64,000 nucleotides of DNA from Rickettsiales bacterium (GTDB lineage Bacteria > Pseudomonadota > Alphaproteobacteria > Rickettsiales > UBA1997): assembly GCA_044360285.1 (NCBI GenBank), contig JBIKKP010000001.1, forward strand, positions 6,874 through 70,873. The letters are read 5' to 3'. Under the pieces are notes generated by a model, which worked only from the letters and a program-made list of their open reading frames with translations, did no database searches and was not told the DNA's origin. Within the stretch, counting starts at the first letter, position 1; the number at the start of each line of letters is the position of its first letter. The translations under genes were made by a program, and so were the position numbers. This document shows, one piece after another, positions 18,280-27,953 of the stretch.

Positions 18280-18964
18280 TTTTGCTTAAATTAAAAATTA
18301 CCGGCACGCGCCCTTCAACTATAGCTTTGCGCTGATATTTTGTTTCAACCCAATCACTTGGGAAATTTTGCCAATCTTTTTTTGAATTTGCGTCCCAAGA
18401 AAAATTTTTGCTGCGTAAAATTTGCGCCAGAATCCAAGTTTTGTAAGAGTCGTGATCCGTTGCAATTACTAACTTACCGCCATCTTTCATTTTTGGCGCA
18501 AGGATTGAATCAAAAAATTCCAGCGAAAGTAAGCGGCGTTTAAAATGCTTAGATTTTGGCCAAGGATCGGGGAAAAGAATAAAAATCTCGTCAAAAAACT
18601 TATCAGAAAAATTCGGCCAAAAACCGCGCACGTCTTGCTTAGAGAGGCGTAAATTTTGCAGCGGCTCTTGTTCGAGTTTGGCAAGCAAATTCACCACACC
18701 GTTTAGATGCGGCTCAAAACCGTAAAAATTTTTCTGTGGATTATTTTTAGCCTTTTCGAACAAAAAATCACCAAAGCCAAAACCAATCTCAAGCACGTTG
18801 GCGCCTTTATTTTCAGCAGCTTGCGGCTCTGCAACTAGTTCATATTTTGGTAATAATTCGCTAAGCAAAAAATTTTTATGATCGGAAAGTCGACGGCTTT
18901 TGATGCGGCCGAAGCTACGGATCAAAATCCGTTCAACATCTTTTTTAATCTCAGATTTCGACAT
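18272..18964 (-). CDS. trmB: tRNA (guanine46-N7)-methyltransferase
   Basis: LEIGFGFGDFL and FPDPWPKSKHFKRRL. Confidence 0.9.
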   Translation of the reverse strand: MSKSEIKKDVERILIRSFGRIKSRRLSDHKNFLLSELLPKYELVAEPQAAENKGANVLEIGFGFGDFLFEKAKNNPQKNFYGFEPHLNGVVNLLAKLEQEPLQNLRLSKQDVRGFWPNFSDKFFDEIFILFPDPWPKSKHFKRRLLSLEFFDSILAPKMKDGGKLVIATDHDSYKTWILAQILRSKNFSWDANSKKDWQNFPSDWVETKYQRKAIVEGRVPVIFNLSKNV

Positions 18965-18996
18965 ATTTTGAGCGCTTTTTTGGTAAAATTAGGCGG

Positions 18997-19443
18997 CTAT
19001 TTTGATAATTTGGCAACTCGGCGCTCATGCCTTCCACCCTCGAATTCAGCTGTCAAAAAGGCTTTTACCACCGACAAGGCCGTTTTGTTTTTGACCATTC
19101 TTGCCCCAAGACAAAGTACGTTGGCGTTATTGTGGGCGCGTGATAATTTTGCTGCTTTGACGCTGTGACAAAGTGCCGCGCGAATATGTTTGTGGCGATT
19201 GGCGGCAATAGAAATTCCAACGCCGCTGCCGCAAATTAATATGCCAAAGTCAGCAGAATTTTTACGAACTTTTTTACAAAGTTTGTTAGCATAGTCGGGA
19301 TAATCAACCGAAGCGCTTTCTGAATCGCAACCCAGGTCAAGAACAGAAATTTTTAGTTTTTTTAACTCAGATAATAGAGAATCTTTCAACACAAAACCAG
19401 CGTGATCAGAAGCGAGATAGACTTTTGCTGGAATTTTTTTCAT
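18997..19443 (-). CDS. rpiB: ribose-5-phosphate isomerase B
   Basis: Start moved to MKKIPAKVYLASDHAGF. Also CGSGVGISIAANR and RHERRV. The longer track ORF overlaps rpsI. Confidence 0.85.
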   Translation of the reverse strand: MKKIPAKVYLASDHAGFVLKDSLLSELKKLKISVLDLGCDSESASVDYPDYANKLCKKVRKNSADFGILICGSGVGISIAANRHKHIRAALCHSVKAAKLSRAHNNANVLCLGARMVKNKTALSVVKAFLTAEFEGGRHERRVAKLSK

Positions 19444-19546
19444 CGAAGAAATCATTAAACAAAAAAATTGCTTGGGACTTCCATCCCAAGCAATTCGAAT
19501 TTTTTGTAAAAGTGACGAAGCTTTGCCAATAAAGGCTGCAAGCGTA

Positions 19547-20011
19547 TTAACGTTTGCGGTAAGTTTGTCCTTTGCGGGCTTTTTTGAGACCGTATTTTTT
19601 ACGTTCAACAACGCGAGAATCACGAGTCAAGAATCCACCAACGCGCAGAACTTTACGAGTTGTTGGATCGAAAGCTGCTAGAGCTTTGCTGATGCCATGA
19701 GAAAGAGCGCCGGCTTGGCCACTTTTTCCACCGCCAATCATGTCAGCAACAACGTCGAATTTATTTTCGCATCCAGCTGCACCAAATGGAGCTCTGGCAA
19801 TGTTGAACAGAATTTCGCGGCCAAGGTAAAGTTTACCTTCCATGCCATTAATTTGAACTTTTCCTGAGCCTTTTTTGATCCAGACGCGGGCAATAGCATT
19901 TTTTCTTTTGCCAGTTGCGTAAGAACGACCCTGAGCGTCAATGCGTGGCTCAACCAGAGCTTCCGTCTTTGGGGTAACTTCGATAATTCTTTCTTTGATG
20001 ACTGCAGACAT
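19547..20011 (-). CDS. rpsI: 30S ribosomal protein S9
   Basis: GGGKSGQAGA, ..LTRDSRVVERKKYG..KARK..QYRKR terminus. Confidence 0.95.
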   Translation of the reverse strand: MSAVIKERIIEVTPKTEALVEPRIDAQGRSYATGKRKNAIARVWIKKGSGKVQINGMEGKLYLGREILFNIARAPFGAAGCENKFDVVADMIGGGKSGQAGALSHGISKALAAFDPTTRKVLRVGGFLTRDSRVVERKKYGLKKARKGQTYRKR

Positions 20012-20013
20012 GT

Positions 20014-20481
20014 TTAGTTAACTTTTGTGTTTTTGCGATTCAGGGAAGCAACATCCAAAACTTGTGGCGATTGCCCTTGGTGTTTGTGTTCACTGCCTTT
20101 GTAAAGGTGCAACTTGAGCATAATGTCGCGCTGCAAAGGTCCGCGAGAAATCATACGAGAAATTGCATATTCCAAAACTCTTTCAGGATGATTTCCTTCA
20201 ATGATTTGACGTGCAGTTCTGTCTTTGATTCCACCAGGAAAACCAGTGTGCCAATAGTAAAGTTTTTCGGCATATTTTTTGCCGGTTAGTTTCACTTTAT
20301 CAGCATTAATGATGACAACGTGATCGCCGCAATCAAGGTTTGGGGTGAAGGTGGCTTTGTGTTTTCCGCGCAAAAGGTTGGCAACGATTGTGGATAGACG
20401 TCCCAGGACAAGGCCTTCAGCGTCGATTAACCACCACTTTCTTTCAATTTCTTTTGGTTTGGCTACGTAAGTTTTAAGCAT
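20014..20481 (-). CDS. rplM: 50S ribosomal protein L13
   Basis: [15 protein letters not shown]..., [10 protein letters not shown]. Conserved rplM-rpsI pair. Confidence 0.95.
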   Translation of the reverse strand: MLKTYVAKPKEIERKWWLIDAEGLVLGRLSTIVANLLRGKHKATFTPNLDCGDHVVIINADKVKLTGKKYAEKLYYWHTGFPGGIKDRTARQIIEGNHPERVLEYAISRMISRGPLQRDIMLKLHLYKGSEHKHQGQSPQVLDVASLNRKNTKVN

Positions 20482-20608
20482 AAAAAATCCTCGAAGGAGG
20501 CTTCAGAATTAAGGTTTGTAAGACTTTTAAATGTATCGGGAAAAAATGGGAGGCGGGGCATTCAATTCACCAAAAGTGAAATGTCAAATTTTTTCTCCGA
20601 AGAGTGTG

Positions 20609-21199
20609 TCAGACAGTAGTTGAGGTTAAGTGCCTTGTATAATCTTGACGCAAAATGCTGAAAGAATGCACGTCCACGTAGCGCCCAAGGTGATAACGGT
20701 GCTGACGCAAAACGCCCTCTAAGGTAAAACCTTTTTTCAACAACAAATTGCGCGAAGGTTCGTTTAGCACCGAGGTGTATGCCTCGATACGATTTACACG
20801 CCAATCTTTGAAGCCATGCTGCAACATCACGTCAATTGCGTGGCTGGATATTCCCTGACGCCAGAATTCACGCGCTAAATCATAACTTAATTCCATGCGA
20901 CTTTGGTAGGCATTATAGCTGGTGAGTCCAATAGTACCAACCAAACGATCGTCGCTTTTGCGCGCAATGGCAAAATAAACACCTTCATCGCGGTAATAAA
21001 TTCCGCGCCAATATCGCATTTCTTGCAGCGCCGTTTCAACACTGCGCGGGATCTCGCACATGATGTATTTATTTACTTCAGGATCGTTGTAATAACGCAA
21101 AAAATCCTCAACATCAGAATCGCGTTTTTCGCGCAAATAAAACTCACCCAAATCAAATTCGCGAAACTGTTTTTGCGGCAGAGGGTAAGCGTTATACAT
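20609..21199 (-). CDS. GNAT-family N-acetyltransferase (RimJ/RimL-like)
   Basis: Acetyltransferase core ...VGTIGL...EFWRQGISSHAI... Confidence 0.75.
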   Translation of the reverse strand: MYNAYPLPQKQFREFDLGEFYLREKRDSDVEDFLRYYNDPEVNKYIMCEIPRSVETALQEMRYWRGIYYRDEGVYFAIARKSDDRLVGTIGLTSYNAYQSRMELSYDLAREFWRQGISSHAIDVMLQHGFKDWRVNRIEAYTSVLNEPSRNLLLKKGFTLEGVLRQHRYHLGRYVDVHSFSILRQDYTRHLTSTTV

Positions 21200-21201
21200 G
21201 T

Positions 21202-22083
21202 TTACGATTCTTTGATTTTACTGATTTCAAGAAGCTTTACGCTGCGATTATCAGCGTCGATTATTTTGATGCTCAGGCCATATTTTTTAGCTTCATCACC
21301 AATATCTGGAACGCGCTTAAAGATAGACATTGCAAGGCCTCCCACGGTTTCAAACTGGTCGCTTCTTGATTTTATTTTTACCTGCAAAACTTCTTCCAGC
21401 TTCTTGATTTCAACACGACCGCCAATTTGAAAAAGATTTTCTTCAACTTTTTTAATACGGAAAAAAGAGCTTTCGTCTGGCAAATCGTGCTCGTCTTCGA
21501 TGTCACCAAAAATTTGTTCCATCAAATTTTCAATCGTCACCAATCCATCAACCGCGCCAAATTCATCAAGAACGATAGCAATATGAACGCGCATATTTCG
21601 CATACGCAGCATCAAATCAGCAAGCTTCATTGAACCTGGAACAAAAAGAATTTTGCGCAGAATTTTACTCAAAGAAAATTCCGCATCTTTTTCGCATAAA
21701 AACTTTGCTAGATCCTTGCTGTGAATGAATCCAACCACCTCGTCAACATTGTCGCGAAACACCGGAATTCGTGTATGTCCTTGCAAAGTGATAAGTTGTT
21801 TGAGGTCTTCCAAACTGGCATCGTAATCAATAGCAATAATGTCGCCTCTTGGCGTCATGATTGAGGAAACTTTTTTATCACCAAAACCAGCGATATTTTT
21901 GAACATCTTTTTTTCTTCGGCACCGATCAGACCTTCCTTTTCATAGGCTTCAACAACGTGTGAAATCACTGAAGCGAAAGATTTTTTAGTTTTTTTGCCA
22001 AAAAGACTGAAGCAAAAGTTGAGTAATTTTTTGGCGCGTGATTTTGATTTAAGTTCGTGAGTTTTCTTACTATGAGTGTCCAT
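21202..22083 (-). CDS. corC: CBS-pair + CorC/HlyC domain protein (CorC/TlyC/YbeX family)
   Basis: Tandem CBS region and a C-terminal transporter-associated domain. Conserved ybeY-ybeX neighbourhood. Confidence 0.8.
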   Translation of the reverse strand: MDTHSKKTHELKSKSRAKKLLNFCFSLFGKKTKKSFASVISHVVEAYEKEGLIGAEEKKMFKNIAGFGDKKVSSIMTPRGDIIAIDYDASLEDLKQLITLQGHTRIPVFRDNVDEVVGFIHSKDLAKFLCEKDAEFSLSKILRKILFVPGSMKLADLMLRMRNMRVHIAIVLDEFGAVDGLVTIENLMEQIFGDIEDEHDLPDESSFFRIKKVEENLFQIGGRVEIKKLEEVLQVKIKSRSDQFETVGGLAMSIFKRVPDIGDEAKKYGLSIKIIDADNRSVKLLEISKIKES

Positions 22084-22094
22084 TGAGGCTTGAT

Positions 22095-22613
22095 TTAATT
22101 GAGGCGATAGGGGTTTTGAATTCCAAGTTGTTTGAGGATTTTTATTTCGATTTTCTCCATTTTTTCAGCCATTTTTTCATCTTCATGATCATGACCAAGC
22201 AAGTGCAGAAGCGCGTGCACAATAAGATGGCTTAAATGATTTTCAAATTTCTTTTTGTTTTTTTCTGCATCTTTTTTGGTGACTTCGTAAGCAATAACAA
22301 TATCGCCTAAAAACAAGTAGCTAAGGCCTTTGGCAGCTTTTTTGATTCCAAACTCACGCAAAAAATTTTCATCAAGTTGCGAAAAAGACAAAACGTCGGT
22401 TGGCGAATTTTTGCCGCGAAACTCAAAATTTATTTTTTTGATCTGCTGATTTGAAACCATTGAAATAGCCAGCTCGAGCGTAAAATTTTTTTTGAGAATT
22501 TTTTGTAAATCGGTGAGTGGAATAACTTTTTCGCAAGTTTTTCTAACAAATTTTTCGATGTCTTTTTGCACCAGCCATTTTTTGCTTTTCACTTCTACGT
22601 CTAGAGAAATCAT
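22095..22613 (-). CDS. ybeY: rRNA maturation endoribonuclease YbeY
   Basis: HALLHLLGHDHE zinc motif. Start placed at M10, directly after the hemH stop. Confidence 0.9.
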   Translation of the reverse strand: MISLDVEVKSKKWLVQKDIEKFVRKTCEKVIPLTDLQKILKKNFTLELAISMVSNQQIKKINFEFRGKNSPTDVLSFSQLDENFLREFGIKKAAKGLSYLFLGDIVIAYEVTKKDAEKNKKKFENHLSHLIVHALLHLLGHDHEDEKMAEKMEKIEIKILKQLGIQNPYRLN

Positions 22614-23686
22614 GCTTGGCAAGGGTTTGGGTTTTGACAAAATTTAAATTCTTTTGGACAAATTCTGTGTTTTTTCATGCCCGAAAAAAATTCTGACTCA
22701 TCGCCGATATTTGCCTCTTTGCAAATTTCTGTAAGCGCTTTGATGAAGTGCCCTTCAAGATTCAAAGCCGGCACGCGCAGATAGTTTTTAGCACCCAAAT
22801 CCGTCGCTAATTTTTTATATTCAATATCAAGTTCCGCCAATGTTTCTAAGTGATCCGAGACAAAAGCAACCGGCACAATTACTGGAATTTTTTTATCAAG
22901 AATCGTGCTGCGAAGTGCTGTATCAAGGCTTGGAGAAGTCCATTGTAATGGGCCAACTTTCGACTGATAACAAATGCGAAAATCAATTTCACTTTTTTCA
23001 ACTGAGAAAATTTCCGCTAAATTCTCGACAATTTTTTCAGTAGTTTGCGTCACTTGAAAAACATAGGGATCACCAGCATTTACAAGCTTCTGTGGCAATC
23101 CGTGCGCTGAAAAAAGAAAACGAAATTTGTGTAAATTTTGTTCGTAGAGTTGAACAACTTTTTGCTTAATTAAAATAGCGTGCGACTTGATAAATTCGAT
23201 TTGCGTTGGATAGCAGCACACAATTTTAAGCGGAACTTTTTCATCAAATTTGTCGATAAAATCTTGCAGCGATGATCTGGTTGTGGCGCTAGAGAATTGA
23301 GGATAGAGCGGCAATAAAATCACTTTATCTGGCCCATATTCCTTCACCCTTTTTATCACTTCAGCGGCGAAAGGATGAAAGTAGCGCATCGCCACAAAAA
23401 CCTTAAAATTTCCAAAAAAAGAAAGCTCCTTCTCAAGGGCGTGAGCCTGCGCCGAAGTCACCTCCAGCAACGGTGACTTGCCACCAATTTCAGCATAAAT
23501 TTTTTGCACTTTCGGCGCTCTTCTTTTTGAAATAAGTTTAGCAATCAAAAAACGAAAAGGCTGCGGCAGATCAATGATTGCCTTATCTGAGAACAGATTG
23601 AAAAGAAATTTTTCAACCGAAGAAAGCGAATCAGGCCCGCCTAAATTGAATAAAACTACTGCTGTTTTTTGGTTAAAATTTTTCAT
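22610..23686 (-). CDS. hemH: ferrochelatase
   Basis: LFSAHGLP and a C-terminal Cys cluster (CPKEFKFCQNPNPC). Confidence 0.9.
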   Translation of the reverse strand: MKNFNQKTAVVLFNLGGPDSLSSVEKFLFNLFSDKAIIDLPQPFRFLIAKLISKRRAPKVQKIYAEIGGKSPLLEVTSAQAHALEKELSFFGNFKVFVAMRYFHPFAAEVIKRVKEYGPDKVILLPLYPQFSSATTRSSLQDFIDKFDEKVPLKIVCCYPTQIEFIKSHAILIKQKVVQLYEQNLHKFRFLFSAHGLPQKLVNAGDPYVFQVTQTTEKIVENLAEIFSVEKSEIDFRICYQSKVGPLQWTSPSLDTALRSTILDKKIPVIVPVAFVSDHLETLAELDIEYKKLATDLGAKNYLRVPALNLEGHFIKALTEICKEANIGDESEFFSGMKKHRICPKEFKFCQNPNPCQA

Positions 23687-24477
23687 GATTTTGTAAGAAA
23701 GTTTCTCACCAACAAGCTGAGGAAAAAAACCGCGGAAAAAACTGCGACTATTGTTGAATTTACTGTAAGATCAAAGCTGCTTGCAACCTTGAAGGAAGCT
23801 GCACAAAGGCATGTTGCAGCAATCACGCTAAACAACATCATTTGCTTGGCAGAAATGCAAAAAATTCGCGCAATTGCAGCGGGTAAAATGAACAAGGCGG
23901 TCATTAAAAAAACACCAACAATTCGCGAAAAAAGCGCAACAACAACAGAAAATAAAAGCAAAAAAGATATCTGCCAAAAATCTACGTTAATACCCTCAAC
24001 CTTTGCCAGCTCTTGATTGGTGCAAATCAGTAGAATTTTTTTGAAGGCAAAAATTACATAAAAAATCACTGCAAGAGTTATGGCAAATAGCAGCGCCAAA
24101 TCGCTGTTTTCAACCGTCAAAACATCGCCAAAAACATAGGAAGAAAAACTAAAATTTTTGATCCACAAATCATTTAATAAAAGAGCCGCAGCGACGCAAG
24201 AGTAGGACAGAATTGCGATTATTGAATCCTTAGCAAAAAAGCGGTTTTTCGAAATTAACAAGAACGTAGTGGCAAAAATTATCGCAAAAAAAATCAGCAC
24301 AAAATTGCTCTCAATTGCAAAAAGTGCACCAAGTGCCAAACCAAGCAGCGAGGCGTGTGAAAGCGAATCACCAAGATAGGAAATTTTTTTCCACAACACA
24401 AAAACGCCAAGCAAGCTGCAAGAAATTGCAATCAAAATCATTGCAAAAAACGGCTTCACTAAAAAGGATGCGAGCAC
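23683..24477 (-). CDS. znuB: ABC-3 family metal (Zn/Mn) transporter permease
   Basis: Polytopic membrane protein with the typical ZnuB/MntB pattern (GDSLSHASLLG). No partner ATPase or binding-protein gene is adjacent. Confidence 0.75.
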   Translation of the reverse strand: MLASFLVKPFFAMILIAISCSLLGVFVLWKKISYLGDSLSHASLLGLALGALFAIESNFVLIFFAIIFATTFLLISKNRFFAKDSIIAILSYSCVAAALLLNDLWIKNFSFSSYVFGDVLTVENSDLALLFAITLAVIFYVIFAFKKILLICTNQELAKVEGINVDFWQISFLLLFSVVVALFSRIVGVFLMTALFILPAAIARIFCISAKQMMLFSVIAATCLCAASFKVASSFDLTVNSTIVAVFSAVFFLSLLVRNFLTKS

Positions 24478-24506
24478 TTTGTTTTCTAAGTTAAATTAAG
24501 ACTTGT

Positions 24507-24899
24507 ATGCCAGAAAAATCTTCCCTGCTGTCGCAATTCATGAAAAAGCAGTTCAGCGAAAAATCTAGCAAAAAAAATCCGGTCAAATCCGCGCCAACTA
24601 AGGGAACAAAACCAGTGAAAGGTGACGAAGAAGAGGGAAAAAAAGATGGACAAGAACAAGAAATGACCGAGGAAGAAAAACTCGAAGATGCAAAAAAAGC
24701 CTCGCGCAACAAGGCTGCAGAGCGCGATCAAACCGAAATGCTAAAAAAATTAATTGCACAAACTTTAATCAAATACACGGTTTTACTAAGCCTTCTTGGC
24801 ATTCTTACTTATGGCATCATCGAATTTGGACCAGCCCTTATGGCCTCGCTTAACGGACTGATCTATAAAGTTTTGATGGGCGCCTTAAGCCAGAAGTAG
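24507..24899 (+). CDS. hypothetical protein: K/E-rich N-terminus with a C-terminal hydrophobic segment
   Basis: ORF only; no motif recognised. Confidence 0.4.
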   Translation: MPEKSSLLSQFMKKQFSEKSSKKNPVKSAPTKGTKPVKGDEEEGKKDGQEQEMTEEEKLEDAKKASRNKAAERDQTEMLKKLIAQTLIKYTVLLSLLGILTYGIIEFGPALMASLNGLIYKVLMGALSQK

Positions 24900-24916
24900 C
24901 ATGGCTTCAAGCCGGT

Positions 24917-24944
24917 TTGACTTTTTAATTTCGCCTCTTATCAA
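24917..24944 (+). promoter_or_regulatory. candidate sigma-70 promoter for pdhA
   Basis: TTGACT (24917-24922), 16-nt spacer, TATCAA (24939-24944), ~45 nt upstream of the pdhA ATG. Confidence 0.3.
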
Positions 24945-24987
24945 GCGCCGCCCTCGCCTAACTATTTAACCGTAAAAATTTACGTAG

Positions 24988-25986
24988 ATGCCTTCCAAAT
25001 CAGGTGCTGCAAAGCACAATTCTATCAAAGATTTTTCTAAAAAAGAGCTACTCGCTTTTTATCGCGAAATGCTGCTGATCCGCCGCTTCGAAGAACGCGC
25101 TGGCCAGCTTTATGGCATGGGACTAATTGCGGGCTTTTGCCACCTTTACATTGGCCAAGAAGCAATTGCCACTGGCATGCACCACACCATGATTCCAGGC
25201 GATAAAGTCATCACCACCTACCGCGATCACGGCCACATGATTTCTGTTGGCTCTGACCCGAAAAAAATTATGGCCGAACTTTTGGGCCGTAAAGACGGCT
25301 CTTCAAAAGGAAAAGGTGGATCGATGCACCTTTTTGATCTCGAAAAACATTTCTACGGCGGACATGGAATTGTTGGCGCCTCGGTTCCAATTGGCGCTGG
25401 GCTTGCTTTTGCTGATAAATATAACGGCAACAACAACGTCACTTACTGCTATTTTGGTGACGGCGCGGCACATCAGGGCCAAGTTTATGAAAGCTTCAAC
25501 ATGGCGAAATTGTGGAATCTGCCTGTTCTATTCATCATCGAAAATAACCACTACGCCATGGGCACTTCACTGAAGCGCTCCTCTTCTGTTGACGAGCTCC
25601 ACAAGCGTGGCATTGGCTTCAACATTCCTGGCGTAAAAATTAACGGCATGGATGTTTTTGACGTAATTCGCGATGGCCAGAAATGCGTTGATTTTGTTCG
25701 CGCCGGCAATGGTCCAATGATTTTGGAAATGGACACTTATCGCTATCGCGGCCACTCAATGTCTGATCCGGCAACCTATCGCAGCAAAGAAGAATTGAAC
25801 GACAAAAAAGACCTCGACCCAATTGAGTCTCTGCGCGCACAGGCCTTAGAAGCAAAAGTGCTTACCGAAGCTGAAATCAAAAAAATCGACGAAGAAGTTA
25901 AAAACGAAGTTAACGACATAGTCGAATTTGCCAAAAACTCTCCAGAGCCTGATGAATCAGAGCTTCTCACTGAAGTTTACAATTAA
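24988..25986 (+). CDS. pdhA: pyruvate dehydrogenase E1 alpha subunit
   Basis: TPP motif [28 protein letters not shown]. Confidence 0.95.
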   Translation: MPSKSGAAKHNSIKDFSKKELLAFYREMLLIRRFEERAGQLYGMGLIAGFCHLYIGQEAIATGMHHTMIPGDKVITTYRDHGHMISVGSDPKKIMAELLGRKDGSSKGKGGSMHLFDLEKHFYGGHGIVGASVPIGAGLAFADKYNGNNNVTYCYFGDGAAHQGQVYESFNMAKLWNLPVLFIIENNHYAMGTSLKRSSSVDELHKRGIGFNIPGVKINGMDVFDVIRDGQKCVDFVRAGNGPMILEMDTYRYRGHSMSDPATYRSKEELNDKKDLDPIESLRAQALEAKVLTEAEIKKIDEEVKNEVNDIVEFAKNSPEPDESELLTEVYN

Positions 25987-25993
25987 GGAAAAC

Positions 25994-26983
25994 ATGACTC
26001 TAAGAAAAATTACCGTCCGTGAAGCACTCCGCGAAGCAATGGCTGAAGAGATGCGCGCGCATCAAGAAATTTTTGTTATGGGCGAAGAAGTCGCAGAATA
26101 TAACGGTGCTTACAAAGTGACTCAGGGACTTTTGGCCGAATTTGGCGCCAAGCGCGTAATCGACACGCCAATCACTGAACAAGGTTTTGCTGGATTGGCG
26201 ATTGGCGCGGCTTTTGCCGGTCTTCGTCCGGTCGTTGAATTTATGACTTTTAACTTTGCCATGCAGGCAATTGATCAAATTCTTAACTCGGCAGCGAAAA
26301 CAAATTACATGTCTGGCGGCCAAGTTCGTTGCCCAATTGTTTTCCGCGGACCTAACGGCGCAGCGTCTCGCGTTGGTGCGCAGCACTCGCAATGCTACGC
26401 GGCTTGGTATGGCTCAATTCCTGGTTTAAAAGTTGTTTCACCTTACAGCGCGGCTGACGCAAAAGGTTTGTTAAAAGCGGCAATTCGCGATCCAAATCCT
26501 GTGGTTTTCCTCGAAAATGAAATCACTTACGGCTTTTCTTTCGAAGAAGAATATGACGACGACCACGTTGTTGAAATTGGCAAAGCAAAAGTTCTTCGCG
26601 AAGGAAGTGATGTCACAATTATTGCCTTTTCTTTGGTCGTAAAATATGCACTTGAAGCTGCAGAGGCGCTTGCCGCTGAAGGCATTAGCGCCGAAGTAAT
26701 TGACCTGCGCACTATCCGCCCAATTGATCGCGAAACTATTGTTGAATCAGTGAAAAAAACTTCACGCTGCGTGACTGTTGAAGAAGGTTTTCCATTCGCT
26801 TCAATTGGCTCTGAAATTGCCTCAATTTTGATGGAAGAAGCTTTCGATTATCTTGACGCACCGGTGAAAAAATTGGCCTCGGTTGACGCGCCACTGCCAT
26901 ATGCCGCAAACCTTGAGCGCCTAGCCTTGCCAAAGACAAATAACATTATCGACGCCGTAAAAGAAGTTTGCTTTCGCGGCTAA
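25994..26983 (+). CDS. pdhB: pyruvate dehydrogenase E1 beta subunit
   Basis: Start moved to [16 protein letters not shown]. Transketolase-like pyrimidine-binding and C-terminal domains. Confidence 0.95.
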   Translation: MTLRKITVREALREAMAEEMRAHQEIFVMGEEVAEYNGAYKVTQGLLAEFGAKRVIDTPITEQGFAGLAIGAAFAGLRPVVEFMTFNFAMQAIDQILNSAAKTNYMSGGQVRCPIVFRGPNGAASRVGAQHSQCYAAWYGSIPGLKVVSPYSAADAKGLLKAAIRDPNPVVFLENEITYGFSFEEEYDDDHVVEIGKAKVLREGSDVTIIAFSLVVKYALEAAEALAAEGISAEVIDLRTIRPIDRETIVESVKKTSRCVTVEEGFPFASIGSEIASILMEEAFDYLDAPVKKLASVDAPLPYAANLERLALPKTNNIIDAVKEVCFRG

Positions 26984-27333
26984 TGGCACAAAACTTTGTC
27001 TATAACATCGTCAGGCAATATAACATCACAAAACCCCTCTTCATCGGCTATTTCATTAGCTTCTTCGTCATTTTGTATTTTTTATTTTTCACGATTTTTG
27101 GCCAAAAAGGCCTCGTTGAAATGATGCGCCTGCAAGCAAAAGTTGAAAATAAAGAAATCGCCAAACAGCAGCTGCAAGATAAAATGCAGGCAAAGAAAAA
27201 CATGGTTGATGGCATGAGCCTTAACTCTCTGGACCTTGATTTACTAGATGAAGAATCACGCAAAGTTTTGGGATATGTCGGCAAAAACGAAGTGGTGATC
27301 TATCAAGAAAATCTCAAAGAAAAACAGCAATGA
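26983..27333 (+). CDS. ftsB: cell division protein FtsB/DivIC family (septum formation initiator)
   Basis: Single TM segment followed by a coiled coil (GLVEMMRLQAKVENKEIAKQQL). TAATG overlap with pdhB. Confidence 0.65.
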   Translation: MAQNFVYNIVRQYNITKPLFIGYFISFFVILYFLFFTIFGQKGLVEMMRLQAKVENKEIAKQQLQDKMQAKKNMVDGMSLNSLDLDLLDEESRKVLGYVGKNEVVIYQENLKEKQQ

Positions 27334-27947
27334 ACCTAGCCCGCGAATCACTGCGCAAGTCGCTGCATTTTACCTTAATTTTGCTGCCAATTCTTTACTG
27401 CTATTTCGGTAAATGGCCGTTTTTGATGGTTCTCTCACCAATTGCCGCAATCGTTATTGGCCTTGATTACCTGCGCCGCGACAGGCCAAAACTTAACCAA
27501 TTTTTTATTGCAATTTTGCGCCCAGTTTTGCGCGATTTTGAACTTGGTGGAAAAAAACTTTGCGGCGCAAGCTTTGTGGTTCTAAGCGCTTGCTTTGTTT
27601 TTCTAATTTTCAGCAAAGAAATTGCCGTCACTGCTTTCACAATTCTTGTAATCTCTGACGGCTTGGCGGCTTTGGTTGGAAAGGCAGTTGTCAGCCAACC
27701 ATTTTATGAAAAATCTCTCGCCGGCGCAGCGGCTTTTGCCATCAGCGGGTTCGCAATTCTTGTCACTTGCGGCATAATTTTTGATTCGCGCGCCTGGTTT
27801 TATTTATTTGGCCTCTTCGCACTTTTTTGCGTAACCATGCTCGAGTCACGCCCCAGCTTGCTTGGAATCGATGACAACTTCACAATTCCTGCTGGTTTTG
27901 CTGCAATTATGGGATTTTTCGACATCCTGTGGAACTACAACTACTAA
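27330..27947 (+). CDS. CTP-transferase-1 family membrane protein (CdsA / dolichol-phytol kinase-like)
   Basis: Polytopic, with VISDGLAALVGKAV and SLAGAAAFAISGF motifs. Confidence 0.5.
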   Translation: MNLARESLRKSLHFTLILLPILYCYFGKWPFLMVLSPIAAIVIGLDYLRRDRPKLNQFFIAILRPVLRDFELGGKKLCGASFVVLSACFVFLIFSKEIAVTAFTILVISDGLAALVGKAVVSQPFYEKSLAGAAAFAISGFAILVTCGIIFDSRAWFYLFGLFALFCVTMLESRPSLLGIDDNFTIPAGFAAIMGFFDILWNYNY

Positions 27948-27953
27948 GGCGCA

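Noticed and set aside
19444-19623. Long version of the rpiB ORF overlapping rpsI by 77 nt.
   Set aside because: Conserved RpiB sequence begins at MKKIPAKVYLASDHAG. The extension has no homology pattern and overlaps a ribosomal protein gene.
20903-21430. 175-aa plus-strand ORF spanning the GNAT/corC junction.
   Set aside because: It is antisense to two well-supported minus-strand genes and crosses their boundary.
24486-24731. Two overlapping minus-strand ORFs (81 and 73 aa) rich in F/S/C.
   Set aside because: They are antisense to the K/E-rich 5' half of the 24507-24899 ORF. This is a low-complexity mirror artefact.
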